A program made the position numbers and the translations under genes. The notes under the pieces are model-generated. The model saw only the letters and a list, made by a program, of their open reading frames with translations. It was not told where the DNA came from and searched no databases. From assembly GCF_037042905.1 (NCBI RefSeq), contig NC_087252.1:20338001-20402000 (forward strand): 64,000 bases of DNA, in the 5' to 3' direction. Positions 1 through 14,600 of this stretch are shown piece by piece; the stretch's first letter is position 1; each line of letters opens with the position of its first letter. The stretch comes from Lytechinus pictus. Taxonomy: Eukaryota.

Positions 1-1305
1 AACCTATGGAATCACGACGCTTCTTACACAACGTGACGTCACGGTCGCGAGGCAGGTGAAAAGCACAATAAAGTCTATTTTCTAAGCGGGGTTCGAAGCC
101 CGATAATTGGAATATTCTTAAGCAAAATACTCAGCTAGGAAGCGGTGAAAATGCATAAAGCATACCTTGCTGTATTTAGTAGCTTATAATCTTTCGATTG
201 GTATATAATTTATCAATTTCATTTTCGGGTCCGGTCTGGATCTTTAAGTAGTGATTACAATTCCTCATATTCGTATCTGATTGATCATGTCCTGATAAAA
301 AGTGGCCACTCTATTCCACTGTTAATCTTCAAAATTGTTTGCCTGATTTGGAAACACGTATGTTTGGCCCTTCACAAATGTGTGGATATCTGAGGGTGTG
401 TGGGTGGTGGTGAGTGTGGAACGGGTGATTTGTTGTTTATGTGTGGGTCTGTGTAGGGGTGAGTTTGGTGGAATATGTGGGTGTGTCTGTGTGTGGAATG
501 CCGGCTAGGTGTCGGTATCTATCTGCATGCGTGCACCTTTTTTCATTCTTCAACTAATGACTTGGCGCAACTAAGATTTTACGACCTTCTGGAGATTGCT
601 TTGTAGTCAGTCATGCAGGCAAATATCAGTATGAATATGGTATCAAAATGAGAGTGGGAATAACTCTATATCAATAACTGTTCATAGTTTAGACAAGACA
701 ACGCCAATTTGATGGGATATGTTTTTTCTGACTAACTCTGTACTTCAACTTTGCAATCTTGCTTTTCGACCAGACATACCATATCCATGCTACAGTTCAA
801 TAGTTCATTGTGAAAGAACGAAGGTAAGTTTCTTTTAATTTTGTTTATAAATAAATTTACGCGGTCACATCTCTAAAAGGTCGGACGGGTATTAAGCGTT
901 CTCCCACCTATAGGCCGCGAAAAAACGAAGCTATGACTCTTGCAGGGTTATTTCATGTTAGCTTTGATTGTGAGCACTGCAAAACGTAGTCTAAAAAACA
1001 GCTTTGTATTATTTGATAATCGCTCTCTTTAGTCTTTTGAATATGAATAATTTTGAAGAAAATATAAATCCGCCATTTTGGGGGATTTTAAAACACTTCT
1101 GGTTAGGATTTGGCAGAAACTGCAGCGTAATTATGTAAAAATTCACCTCTTGAAACTGCAAGTCTTTTTGTCTCTGATCCGTGAGTGGAAATGGTTAGAG
1201 CTATCATTTGTCTCAAACGGCATGAATTCTGTGATATTTCCTCTTTTCAGTCATATGAGTTTAAATAATTTCTGAAAAATATAAATTTGTGATTTATTAC
1301 ATTAA

Positions 1306-1547
1306 TATAATAATAATAATAGCTGGATTTATAAAGCGCTTTTTGCCAGAGGATACAAAGTGCTGCTATCATTATCCCGGCTTTAGCTCGAGCTACCATC
1401 ACCGGCACTCAGTGCATGCAAGGAATTACTCATGCCGGGTACCCATTAACCTCACCTGGGTCGAGTGTAGCACAGTATGGATACATTTCTTGCTGAAGGA
1501 AAATACGCCATGGCTACGATTCGAACCCACGACCCTCTGTTTCAAAG
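1306..1547 (-). mobile_element. 5'-truncated tRNA-derived SINE with an L2-like 3' tail
   Basis: On the minus strand: B-box GGTTCGAATC, central CACTCGACCCAGGTG...AATGGGTACC block, and tail AAAGCGCTTTATAAATCCAGC(TAT)n. Confidence 0.75.
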
Positions 1548-4500
1548 CACATTATAGCACATTATTCGAAAGAGAAGGGTGAGTGGAAACGGAGGAGAAA
1601 ATGGCCATGAGAAAAATATAAGTGGATAGCGTTAATGAGAGAAAGGTCGAAAGAGTTGAATATTTATCGAATAATTACAATGGCGCAGATGTAGAACCAC
1701 AACGATGTAACTATACCTACTTTACCGAGTCTATCGCCTTTATGGGACAAATGGCTAACCATATGTCCGATATTTAAAAAAAAATCAATTTCGATAAACT
1801 AATTTTTTTTCGGCGAAGAACTATCCTTTTTTTTATTTCGATAAACTTAGTTATTTGTCGGCAAAGAACTAATATTTTTTCGGTTACGATTAACCAAGTT
1901 TTCTGATGATAAATCCGGGATAAAAAAAGAAACCAGTGTATATCGACAAGAAACTTATATTATCGACTTTATCATGTTTATGTGACACAAATGGCTCTCC
2001 GTTCCGAGTCAATGTCAAACGACTTCTGGGGATTCCCCGCTGACAGTTGATGTACATGATGAAATGAATTCCCATGGAATATCGTAGTTGGTACGTAATC
2101 ATGGAGACTTATTGATGTAGAGTAAACGCATTTCTGCGACGATTGAACGCAGGCTACCATCAACTATCTAAATTTAGAGGAAAATCATGTCTCATCCATA
2201 AGTACAGGGAATCATTATTGTGTGAGTCGGTAAGTTGCGATTCCTAAAGTAGGCATCATCGTTCGCTTGAAATTGAAACTTAGATAAATATGCCAATTTG
2301 TTACATGTTTTACGTATGCAAATCGGAAGGAGATATCACATTGCACTGCAGTATTATGCGCATTGCAACAGGCGACATGCTACATGTTAGGGTTCTTTTA
2401 TTCAGAAGATTGAATAATCCTCATATCTAACTAAACTGGCGTTAACATGAACAGATGCTCCTGATATTCACAACCGATTGTGATTTTTGTTGTTACCTGC
2501 AGTGATGGATGTAGGATTTACCAAAAGTGGGGGCGTTTGTGTACAGGAAAAGTTTGACAAGTAAATAAAATGGTTTTCATTACCAATCGAGGTCATTTTG
2601 TTCCAGAAAAAAATTGACATGCCCAAACAAAAAAAGGTTCACTACCAAATCAGTCCTCACTTATTCCCCTAAAAAAGTCTGTGCTATCGTAATAAACATA
2701 ATTAGCATAATGACCTAATATGCATGAGTGTAACTAAAAAATCAGCACTCCGAAGTGCAGTCACTATACACGCTCTTTAAGAGCTGAATTAGCACTTCGT
2801 TTTTTAGAGTGTATTATTTTTTTTCTTGATTTATTTTTTATTTTATTTTTTTTTTGTTTGCTTTGTGTGTGTGTGTGTTTTGTCTTTTTTATTCTTTCTC
2901 ATTTTTCTACTTCTTATGCATTGTTTATCAAGGGAGTGGGGTGGGGGGTTGGGTGGGGAAGCGTGGCTGAGTGTGTGTTTTGTGTTTTTTATCATTATAA
3001 CTTCGTCAAATTCGTAAAGGAAAACAAATGTTCAACTTGAGATTTATTTGTAGATTATGAGTATGTTTGTGTTTTCTAATATTCAGAGATATTTCTAGAG
3101 CATGTGGAAGATTTTATTCTGAATTAATATTCTGATTATGAATTGTAAAAGATATATGTACAATTGATTCTAAGTTTACTGTTGAAATAATGAATTTAAA
3201 TTGTTTATGTATGTATTATGATTCAACTATGTTAATGATTTCACGTTATTTATTATCTTCATATGTCATACATGTATATTGGTGAGAAGAAATTTAAGAT
3301 GATTTTTAAAATATTAGAAAATAGCAGAATGCACTAAGTAATATTTAGGTGTAATTATATATCCTTTGTCATTTTATATCGAGAAAGTCAGAAAACATGC
3401 CTTGAATAATACAGTACGAGGAATTAATTTATGACATTATTTTATTGCATTACTTAAATAAAATGAAAACTATTGTCATGAATGGATTCCTCAGAAAAAA
3501 GGTATCGTTTATGTTTTCATAATTTAAGACTAGTAGCTATTATTATATGCTAATTAGATGATTATGATGATTACGCTAATTGAGATAATATTTAAGAAAA
3601 TTGCTCAAGGATGCCAAGGTGGCAATCAAGCTGAATTTACTTCAATACTCATCTAGAACATGAATCAACCAAAATATTGTACTTAAAAACTTTTCCAGGT
3701 CTACGTGGCTTATGAGACCGTCTACCTGCGTACATTATGATATGAATGTTTCAGTGACGTACATTCAAGCAGCGAATCTATTATACCGGGTGAATACTAC
3801 CCGTTGCTGCACCCCACTTGAATACAGTGCGTGGCGTCAGGTGTTTACACGAGTAAAATTGTGATTGCCCTACAAAGAACAGAACACACCGAGGCATGAC
3901 GAAACGCAGACAAAGAAAAAAGGGAACAAAAGAACAAAATGTGGAGGTAAAAAACCGGGACTACATTTTCAATCATTTTATTAAAAGCCACGTTTGCTGC
4001 CGGAGGGATGAACTGTTTCAGGCATATTTCAATTTCATTTGGAGCTTTTTTTACTCGTATCCTTCGATACATTCCCTTGTCACGATTGCAAAAAGTGCTT
4101 GGAATGCTTTCAGGTCGGAATAGCAAAAAGCTTGCGCTCCGCGCTTGCATCAATAGATTAGTAACAATATGCTCGTCATGATGTCACTGAAAACAGTCCT
4201 ATTTCATGTCTAAATGGTTAAAATAAATGAAGTTCACCCTCCTTGATCGTATAACTAACTCTCTATGAAAGATTGAATTGAATAAAAAGAGAAATATTCA
4301 ACAAGCTTAATTATGAAGATGTCATCTAAAGTAATAAAGGCGGTTATGGAAATAAATAGTAATAAAGGCGGTTATGGAAGTAAATTTCGGCTTTAATTAA
4401 AAAAAAAAACAGGTACATGCCCATCCTGGTAGTATGCTAATAAGGAAACTTATGACGACGCCCACTCTCCATTTATTTTCATGTTATCATACAAGTTACA

Positions 4501-5552
4501 TGAAATATGAAATGTTTAGATTTTCTACTCATTATAACTAAAATTTGAAACAAGGTTTTAATCCTCCCTGAACACGTGGAATTGTCATTGTAACCTATAT
4601 TGTTTTGATATACAGTCTCGTAATTTTCACGTGAAAATTGAATATTGTATTCATATAATAAGATAAATGAGTGATAACATCAAGTCGCTCACTTACATCT
4701 CACTGTGTTGTACATGGAACTATTTTGTAAAAAAAGAGCGAAATTATCAAATGTCATGACGTTTTTATTTTAATTATTTATTTATATTTATTCATTTCGT
4801 TTTATTTATACAGGGTAGCCCCATCAGTAGTCATGTACTGTTTTCCAGGGGGCCCTGTAAAAAAATATTTACAAAATAACAAACAAGCAAATTACATAAG
4901 GAAAACAAATAGAATATGCAAAATAATCAGAAGTGAATACATGGAAAAAGATGATGGTACATAAGTATAATGTTTTATCTTGTTATATCATATTTTATCT
5001 CAGATATTTTATCTCAGATTTTCATTTTTTTAAATCAGGTTGATACTAGTATGATATTTTTTTTTCTCAAAGCAACGATTTTGTTGGTAGGTCTTGACCT
5101 CTAAATAAGCTTTTAGTTATTCGGTCTGGTTGGAATGGCAACAGCGGCTCGCACTTCGCGCTAGAATCATTTATTTAATCAGATACCTATCCTGTTCATG
5201 ATTACAAAAAGTGCTTAGACTATTCCGTGTTCAGGCCGTGAAGAAAAAAAAATCAGTTAGTTTTATTGACGCATGTTTAATGTTTGCCTAGAAAGGTTTT
5301 TCAAAGACCTTTTTTATTTAAATTTGAGGCAAGACTCTGAATTAATACAAGTCTGAGATTTGCAGTCTGCTTCAAAGCCTCCAAAAGCGCCCTCTTGCGT
5401 CGAGTGCAAAACTACTGACAGAAAAAATTGCTGCGCGGACCTGAAGGCCAAACTGGATCATCATTTCTTACCAGGATTTTATTTGTAATAATGGCAAAAC
5501 TTTTCAATCTCACACTTTAATTTTACACTTTTCCCCACAGATTTCAAGAATA

Positions 5553-5640
5553 ATGACTGTTCGGACAATTGCAAGTTTAGAGATCTACGCTTTCATCGCA
5601 TTTATGACAACAATGATCATGGTGGTCACCACAGAGGATG
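5553..5640 (+). CDS. Receptor coding exon 1: start codon and signal peptide MTVRTIASLEIYAFIAFMTTMIMVVTTED
   Basis: Acceptor ttttccccacag ends at 5540, ATG at 5553, hydrophobic core, donor G|GTAAGA at 5641 (phase 1). Confidence 0.8.
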
Positions 5641-8600
5641 GTAAGACAACACATATGGCCCAGAAGATGGTCTAAACCAAATTGTGCATTATTCAAGTAA
5701 TCAGTGATAAGGCATATCATTACTCTATCTATTATGTAGTCAATACTACACTAAGTTCTGATTCTTCCACCAGATACCTGGGACTGATCATCTCTCCTGG
5801 AAAACCCACATTGACTCAGTTTTATCACGTGCTAATCGTCTATTGGGATTCATAATACTCTGCGTCCTCCGTATTATGTTTATACAATTCAATAGTATTA
5901 ATACCAATCTTAGAGTGTGGTATGCCTGTACGGCATCCCACAACCTCAAAACAGGTGGATAAACTTGAGCGTGTTCAGAGGACAGCCACTAAACTTGCAC
6001 TAAAACAACGTCGTGGGAAGATGTCCTACGAAGATAGGCTTAAACTTCTTGACTGGTCCTCACTTGCCTCCTGACGAGATAACCTCCTATGTTCCTTTGC
6101 ATTTTAGTTTCTTCATGGAATTTGCAACTGTGAAGAGCTCAGTGCAAATACATGTATCTATATCAACCCCGCCATCCTGAAACACTTTCTTTCCGCCATC
6201 TGCCCTCCAGAACTCATGTTTTTTTTTCTGTTCACCCTCTACCTTCCTTCCAAGAATTTGGGACACTCTTCCTTTAAGTGCAAGATATAATGCTGTTTCA
6301 ACTTCCCCCTATTCTTTTTTCTCTTCTTTAAAGGGAGCACTCCTGTCTAACTCATAAATACCTTCATTTTCTTTCCATTTTATTCTTTATTACCTTGTTA
6401 TTCATCACCTCATTATTTGTGGTATGATTTCTATAATGACATTTTTTAAAGAATTAATTTTGTATTGTGCAATATACGGAGCATGAATCCCTTCCCCCTC
6501 TTTTTCCCTCATTTTAGCTGGGCTGTACCTCCAGAACATCTGTACCAAATTTCAAATATTTGCCATTGCACTTTTTATTCAAATTTAATATGCCCGCCAT
6601 ATATAGATATAACTTAAATAATTTCAAGTACTTTGCATATTTCATTTTAAGATGTGCATCCAACAATTGTGTTTCCTGTATGCTAATTTGATTCAATTAT
6701 ATATCAGTAAACATTTGTTACGAAACAAGATTTTTATCTTTTTATCTAATTGATACTCAAAAATAATGTTTAATATTAGTACATGTTGTATGAGTTGTTA
6801 TGACCGTCTCGGTACAGTTTAAGTTTATTTGTTTATTTTTTTAAAAGTCTTTCTTTTAACAAAACTGATGGGGGCACATAAAAATCTAAATATCATTACT
6901 ATTCTTTGTCTTTCATCGAAGGGGGCGAGGTTTCCTGTAATTGTGTTATATGTTGGGTGTTGGAGCCTTGTGAGTAAACATTTAAGAATGTGGAGGCATG
7001 CTAATGCTGTTATCTAGCCCATTTCTCCTAAGCTTCCTTGTTGCTTTTCAGGCTCCAGTACCTTACACAAAGTTCATGCTATGTTTGTTTAGCATTACAC
7101 ATATCCTTTAAAGTCAGTCCGGCATGGGTATATAATTCCCCTTCTTTTATTTTGCCTGGCGTTACACAATTGTCAATAATTTTTGTATAAATATGTTTTC
7201 ATTGAAATTTAATTACATGTAATTGTATATACCGGGATTAAAAATACTTTCTCAATGGATTTTCTGTGAGGGCTCGCATGCCTCTGGGCAATAATACTCT
7301 GAATTTTACTTTTGTGATCCCTGGCCCATGGAAAAACAAATCTTACTCTCTTTCTTCTTTTCCTTAATTTTCACTTATTTATGTTGAATTATTAAAATTC
7401 AGATTGTATTTTGGTCTTTACATTGTAAAATTTGGTGTGTTTTTATGGCCAAACGAATAATAATAAGAAGACTATAATAGAATGAGGAGGCAGTGTAGCT
7501 CAGTCGGTTAGAGCGCCTGTTCCGGAAAAGATCGTAGATCTCAACGTGCGTGGGTTCGAGTCCCGCAGCATGCCGGAAGACGTCTAACAAAAAAACTGAT
7601 GCTAGCGTTGTGTGTTAACGTGCCTCACCGCTGTGTTCAGTGCGGGTGTGAATGCAGTTGGAAAACACTCCGTCCATCGGAAAGGACGCAAATGTTGGTC
7701 CCGTGTATAGGAGAGTCACAACCTATGCACGTTAAAACAAATACACTATTCGTCAAAGAGTAGGGTGTTCACCCGGTGTATTGCACCTGCCGGTCCCCGG
7801 TACTACAATACTGCAAGAATCTTCAGGATTGAAGGAGGCAGTGTAGCTTGAAGAAGAAGAAGAATGGCGTAAACGTATTTGATGGAGTGAAATACTCGAG
7901 TATACTGTGGGTTAGGCATGTATCACGTTGAAATTGTCATACAATTTTAATTAAAAAAAAACAAGCAAAAAACGTATATTACTTGTTTTTTCACGACGGA
8001 GTCAAACCTAGATAAAACCTCGGTCAAACATGATCATATACAATCGTCGCGTCGTAATTTTTTTTCTTCAAAAATGTGTAAATTTTATATGAGTTTTATA
8101 AAGATTTCGTTCCATACCCAACTCAAAATTTGTGGCTCATTATGTACTCTGCTTTCAATTTGAATAATTCAATTTTTACTGTGCGCAATGTGAGGTACCT
8201 ATGGCATTCAGAATAGACAAAGTGGATAATAACAATGATTAAAAAGAGAACCGATATTCAAAACCACTCTCGGTTTATCTGTCGGTTTGCAACACAATTC
8301 AAATTTAGATTTAAGTCGAGGGTAAAGTTAGTTTTAAGAATTGTTTTCTGGTGGGAAAATAGCCAGGTTCATATGTTTTGTTTTATTATTTTTTTTTATA
8401 GATATTCCTGTGGGTGAGGTACTCATGGATGACAGGCCTGTCATTCTACGAGGATATGACGGTATACTGCAATGTCGAGTTAGAGGTGAACCATTGGCTG
8501 TCTTCTGGGAAAAAGGTAAGGGCAGTGGTATGATGGGGTGTCCAAACTTCGCGCACTTTTCAAAAATATTCATCAGGCTTAAATTTTTTCACAAAATATT

Positions 8601-11600
8601 CATAATTTATACAAAACCAATTCAAGAAATAGTTACCACATTGACGGCAAGATCGTAAACTATAAAATTATGGACGAAAATGTAAAGTAGGTCAAGGGGA
8701 TTCGCCGGTATCGCGATCTCAAAATTCTATTCCGATCGGGGAATGCGCGCTGTGGTGGAAAAGGTTCAGAAAAAGTGTGACCTAACTTCGCGGACCAAAG
8801 TTTTCGTGGACATTTAAACAAAAACTCAAGCTCAAAAAGTGAAATATTTATATCAGTTTGATGGCAAAATGCTATAGAATCGGTTAGTACCACATTTAAC
8901 TCACATTTTTGATGATTTCTGCTTGCAAAATGGTGATATCGTGATGCTTGTTGAGAATATCTGATTTCTTCAAAACGGGCGCTAACGGTGACAAATTTGC
9001 CGATCTTTTGCCAATATTTTCATGAATACTGAACTCATCCCAAAGAAACTTACACCAAATGATAATTTTAGGTCGCTTTTCACGTTGATGATGTCAGATT
9101 TTAAGGATATTGGCTAGTTTTTTAGATAATGACCGTCCGCGAAGTATGGACACGCGCGAAGTTTGGACTCACTGCCATACTGTCTTTGAATGATTGTTTA
9201 ATTTATTGATTGTTTGATTGCATTTAATGCTCTTTCAATTTAACTTCATCAAAATTTATAATGTAAAGCTAAATATAAAACATAGCAATGGAAAAGGGGA
9301 GCCCATTGAAAAGCGAGGAACTGATTAAAATATATATTTCTTCCATGAAATTCAAATCGTGATTAACAGAGTTTAATAGAGTAGTGCAAATAATACTATT
9401 TAGGTCAAGCGTTTTATATAATATACAAATAGCGAATAGGCATGAGTGCGATGGTGCGAGATTTCGCATTCGGTGAAAAAAAGATGCTCTATTCAACGAG
9501 GCTTTAGCCGAGTTGAATAGAGTGTTTCTTTCTTTCACCGAATGCGAAATCTCGCACCATTGCACGAATAAGAATATTCGCTATTTGTGTTGTACAACGC
9601 CTCGGAATTAAGTTAGCGAAAATATGTAAAAACAAAGAGTTTTTCCTGCAGTAATCTATGAAAAGGGAGCAAAAATATGGAAAGCGAAAAGCAAAATCCC
9701 ACAAGCGAACACTTCGGGCAGCATTGCGCATTTAGCCAGCAGGCTATACGCGTATTGCACCTGCATTTTTACTGAGCGCAATAAATTGAATCGTATTGTG
9801 ACGTCACCTCCTAAGCCGTGCAACGGTACATTTTGGATGGTACGTCTTTTGTGCAACGGTACGAATGTTTGACATTCAGCCTCCAATTTGCTCGCGTACA
9901 ACAAGCTAAGTAGGCGTTGTACAACACTAAATTTCAAATAATGCTAGTATTGTCATATGTCTTGTAGGGTCGCTGACGACATGAAACATCAGTTCTGGGG
10001 CCTGTTGCAGAAAGCAAAAGTTGCAATCGAACGCAACTCAGATCAACCGCAACTTTGCGGGTGATATCTTACGCAACTTGCAATCTATCGCAAATCTCCG
10101 TTGCAGAAAACAAGTTGCGATCGATTGCAACTTGCGTTTGATTCGGGTGTGAGAAAAAATAAAAAATCTTCGTGAACGAGCCTGATATGATCGCGCGCTG
10201 TTTAACCCGCGAAAATGTTACAGAAATTCACTGCCTGCACCGGAATTTTCTGCAAAGGTAAGACAATGAATTTCGCCCGTACTTTCTAAATTATGTCATT
10301 AATACTTATGTAAACCATGTAATTTTAGCATGAATTGATATTTCAAGTATAAAGATGCTAAATATCGTTTGACCATTCGAAATGATGATGTGAAATTGCG
10401 AAATTTAATGTACATTTCCCGTCTTGGCATCGTTGAAATTCTCGCACAGACCGAGTGACACATGCGATCGCCTAGCTTCCCCGGAGTTGTGGCTGTGTTG
10501 TCGTGTGGTCATGGTGGTGACCTGTGGCTGTTGGGCGTTGCATGTGTAATGTCTAACGTTAATGATGGTGTTTGTGCGGCCCCATTACCGACTCCCGGTA
10601 ATATTTTATTAAATGTCAGATACTTTTGTTAATTAAAGAAGGCCTACCGGTACCTAATACACTATAGGCCCTACCTATAGACACACGTTAGATTCGAGCA
10701 ATTCTCAATGACAATGTCTGATTGTACTAGGCCTACCTAGTAGTACTAGTAGTACTAGTACCGGTACTAACTCTAAGTATGGCAGTCATGGCAGTGTATC
10801 CTATTGCCGGACACCTTTATTTCAGTGCTTTAAAAATGACAACTAGAGGAAATACAATCAAGAAAAATTCACACTTGCTATTCCAAATATTATGAAAATT
10901 ATGAATATGATAGGCCTAGGCCTACAATTATTTTATATTTACCAACTGTTTTCTTTGCATCGGCCATCGCACTTGCTGCATACCCCTCCACGAAAAACAA
11001 TTATTTTCGTGCGCGACAAATTACATCATGATTCCGGACGCGCGCCGGACGGGTAAAGATATCCTTGATTATATGATGTAAGAACAAATTTTTGTGATTT
11101 TTTTTCTTCTTATATCATATCATGAGTAAATTCTAAATATTATTTGCTTTTTTTATATCGAATCTGAGCAGATGTTAGTAGGAATAAATTCGTGTTTGAT
11201 AACTTATTTTATTTTGTCTTGTTAGCTGCATGTTCCATGGCACTTTCCAATAATAATATGTTCGCGTTCGTATCGAGACGCTCATCAAGTTCTATCGATG
11301 CACTGCCGATCGACGGCTCTACTCACGGTAAACCTCGCGCACGGGTACCTTGAGAACTAGCCGTCGACGATCACCCACAATACACCACACCTCATCATTC
11401 GATCGAAGGAGTGGACGAGATTGAAATTCGGCAAATCATGCCATATTTCCGTTAGAAAATATATCAATTGTTAATACAAAACTATGTTATATGATATTTT
11501 AAGCATTTTCTGTCATTTTTAGAGATAATTAGGTAGAAAATGGATTTTTCGCCTTGTTTTTGCAATCTTGTTCTATGTATTGGTCTGTGAAATTGAATTG

Positions 11601-14600
11601 CGGAAGTCTTGTGGTACGAATTTGTTTTAGAACGCAGTAATATGCGCGTCCGGAATCATAATAGTGTCCGGTAATACAATACGTGACTATACTAGGTCCA
11701 CATCTAACTAAGACTAAGTTTGGTCTAAGTTAACTGTTGTTAACTTGCACTTGCGTATCAAAAAAAGGTTTACATTACACTTTGAAAAAGCCCTGGGAAT
11801 AATAAAAATGTACATTTGTCTGTAATTTTTTCACATATAATCTTGCTTGGGTTTGGGCATGGGTGTCTCCCCCTCCATTGTATTTCAAGTGGGGGGGGGG
11901 GGGGGTGGCCTGTAATGTCCCCCAATAGGGTAGAAAAATTATAATGATGAAAAAATGAAAAGTTTGATCATGATGATTATACTATAATACTAGTGATTAT
12001 GCCATCAATCAGTTTGTTTCCCTTGCAATTCGTGTATATTGTTATTATTATTATTAAATAAAACATTCTTTTCCAGGACTTTTTTAAACAGATGGGTGGA
12101 GGTTCAAGATGAAAAAGAATGAAATGTTTATGTACATGATATTTTTTAACACATGAATGACATAAAAGGACCCCGACAAAAAACAACTTTTGTTGATACT
12201 GATAGGGTGTTCCATCCCACCAGTGGTGAATAAATAAATTTTAATAAATCAATTAATTCAAAAGGGTGGAAAAATAAACGGGAGTAAAAGGGTGGCAAGA
12301 TAAACGGGAAAAAGAAACCCCATGGACGTAAATCCCAGAGGGGTGGATCTTGAAAAAGTACAAATAACTTTTCTCAGATTTACCCCTCCCCACATCCGAG
12401 TGCATGATGTTTGTTCCATTTAATCTACAACCCTTTTGTCTTGAATATCACTTCATTTTTGTTATGTAAAATAAGTAAATCACCAGGCATCGCAAATCAT
12501 TTTTCACTAACTTTTCAAAAGTAAGTGGTGATCACTCAAGCAGAAATATTTTTTGACAGTTATATCGTCATTTGCTTTAAATGGATCTGTACCAATGTTA
12601 AAATATTACAAATGTATAATTTTACAGGTTTTTTTTTTTCAAAGTGTAAGCTTTTTTTGATATGCACCGTATAGATCAAGGGTAAGGCCATAGCATATAG
12701 TAGGCCTAGATTTAAATCTAGAGCTAGATCTGTAGTCTATGCTATAATAGTAGGCAGTACATGTAGCTCATCCGGCCTTTTGGGATGGATGAGCTTCTTG
12801 TGGCGTGGCATCCGGCACCTGTGGACAATTTCAAAATGCTTGTTCTTCGTCATTTCAAGTTCGATTTCAATTCAGTTCATGCTGTTTGCTTTTAGATCTA
12901 GATCTTGATGATAGATAGCACTAGGTCTACAGTAGGTTGGGGATTCAAAGCTACACAGAATTGAGACCAAAAGCTTCGATGACTGTTATTTCCGCTGAAC
13001 TCCGTTGTTGGCTCCACTTATTAGAGACCGAAGTCTCTAACTCGGTCTGTACAGGGACTCAATGGCCATATGTTTGTCTATGTATTATTAAGTTCGGATC
13101 AACCAGGAAATTCATTTTGGTCCAGTTCTTTTCTTATAATATATTTTTATAAAATAAAGACAAAAATCGATGAGCCCCGTCGGGGGGATTTTGCATTGTT
13201 AACCCCCTCATGGTGGCTGCACGATAGCAAGCCGTCTGTGGCTATGTACGGTGAGAAAAAAGTAAAAATATAACTTGAAAAAATCCTTGAAACAGATGGC
13301 TGCCAGCTGTCTAAACGTAATTTTGAAACTAATTAGGTCTAACATTAAATTTTATAACTGTTTCCTTTTTCATTTTGTTGCAGATTTCACAAGTTTCAAG
13401 CCAATACAACAATGGTAAGAATTAGTGCCAGCCTCCCAATATATGAAATGTTTACATCTTTGTTTTAGAATGTGATCTAATACGGTATATTCTATATGCA
13501 CCAGCTCACCAAGCATTGCAATTTCCTTCCTCTCTTTGGATAGACATTGGTATTTTTATAGACTTTGTCAAAACATTTTTTATGATGTCTCAATTTGCTT
13601 AGAGATTTAGAATAGTGTTTATGTACATGTACAAGTGATCGTAATTCACATTAATTTGTGTATCAAATTAAACAACTCTTCTCAAGTGTTACCATGACTC
13701 CACGTTAAAGCCGAAGCAACCTTAAAAATTAATTTGTGTGAGATATTGAGTGAATGCATTATTATGAAATGGCATGGAAAGTTAGAATGCCAGTTCTCTG
13801 TGCAATCACATCATCCTAATTGCCAGTACATGGTTGAGAAACTTACAATTTTAATGGATCCATATTTTTCCTTGTCTAATTTGTTACATAATTTTTTTAT
13901 ATAGGAAGGTGACAAGAAAAAAAGACGAAGAAATTGGCATGATGGGGAGGTACACTGCCTGTGCCAATTTGTGCAAAAGCACAAATATGTGCTTTTTGGC
14001 AAGGCTGGCCATGCTAGCGTTCCGGTAAGAAAGATCTTCCTTATTAGCTATCATCATTTTCACAGTAAAGATTGTAACTTTATTCCAAGGTGGTCATAAT
14101 ATCTCAATGGATTTCAATTTGTAAATTATTTGTTTCTTTTAGTTCTGCGATCCGTAACACAAAGGTTTGCGATGAATTGCAAAAATGAAAGAAGCGCACC
14201 GATTGGTTCCCGATCAGTATTTTAAACAGAGCGTGCATGCAATGATGTTCTTGCTTGGTCATTGGTATTTAGCGATTGATTGCAGTTTGCGATGGATTGC
14301 AAATATGAAACAACCGCACTGATTGGTCCTTGGTCAGTATTTTAAACCTAATGCGCGTGTAACATTGACATTGATTGGTCAGTTCATTTAGCGATTGATC
14401 GCTAATCTTTGTGTTACAGAGCCCTGGAGATTAAACCTATGAGACTTGAAACAACTCTGTTAAAATTGAGAATGATAATATATTTGATTTAAAGAAAAAT
14501 CAGTTTGATTTCTGTTTATGTTAAAATCCCAATTTTTCTCTGGAATACATAATGTATGTGTTCATTTTTCATTCACCCATTAAATATAGTTTGTGGGTTT

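Noticed and set aside
700..823. 5' non-coding first exon of the receptor (donor AAG|GTAAGT at 824)
   Set aside because: Plausible, since the ATG exon has an acceptor at 5540, but a single donor site is not enough to list it as a feature.
7489..7570. tRNA gene
   Set aside because: A and B boxes are present, but there is no proper cloverleaf or acceptor stem. It continues into a SINE body and tail.
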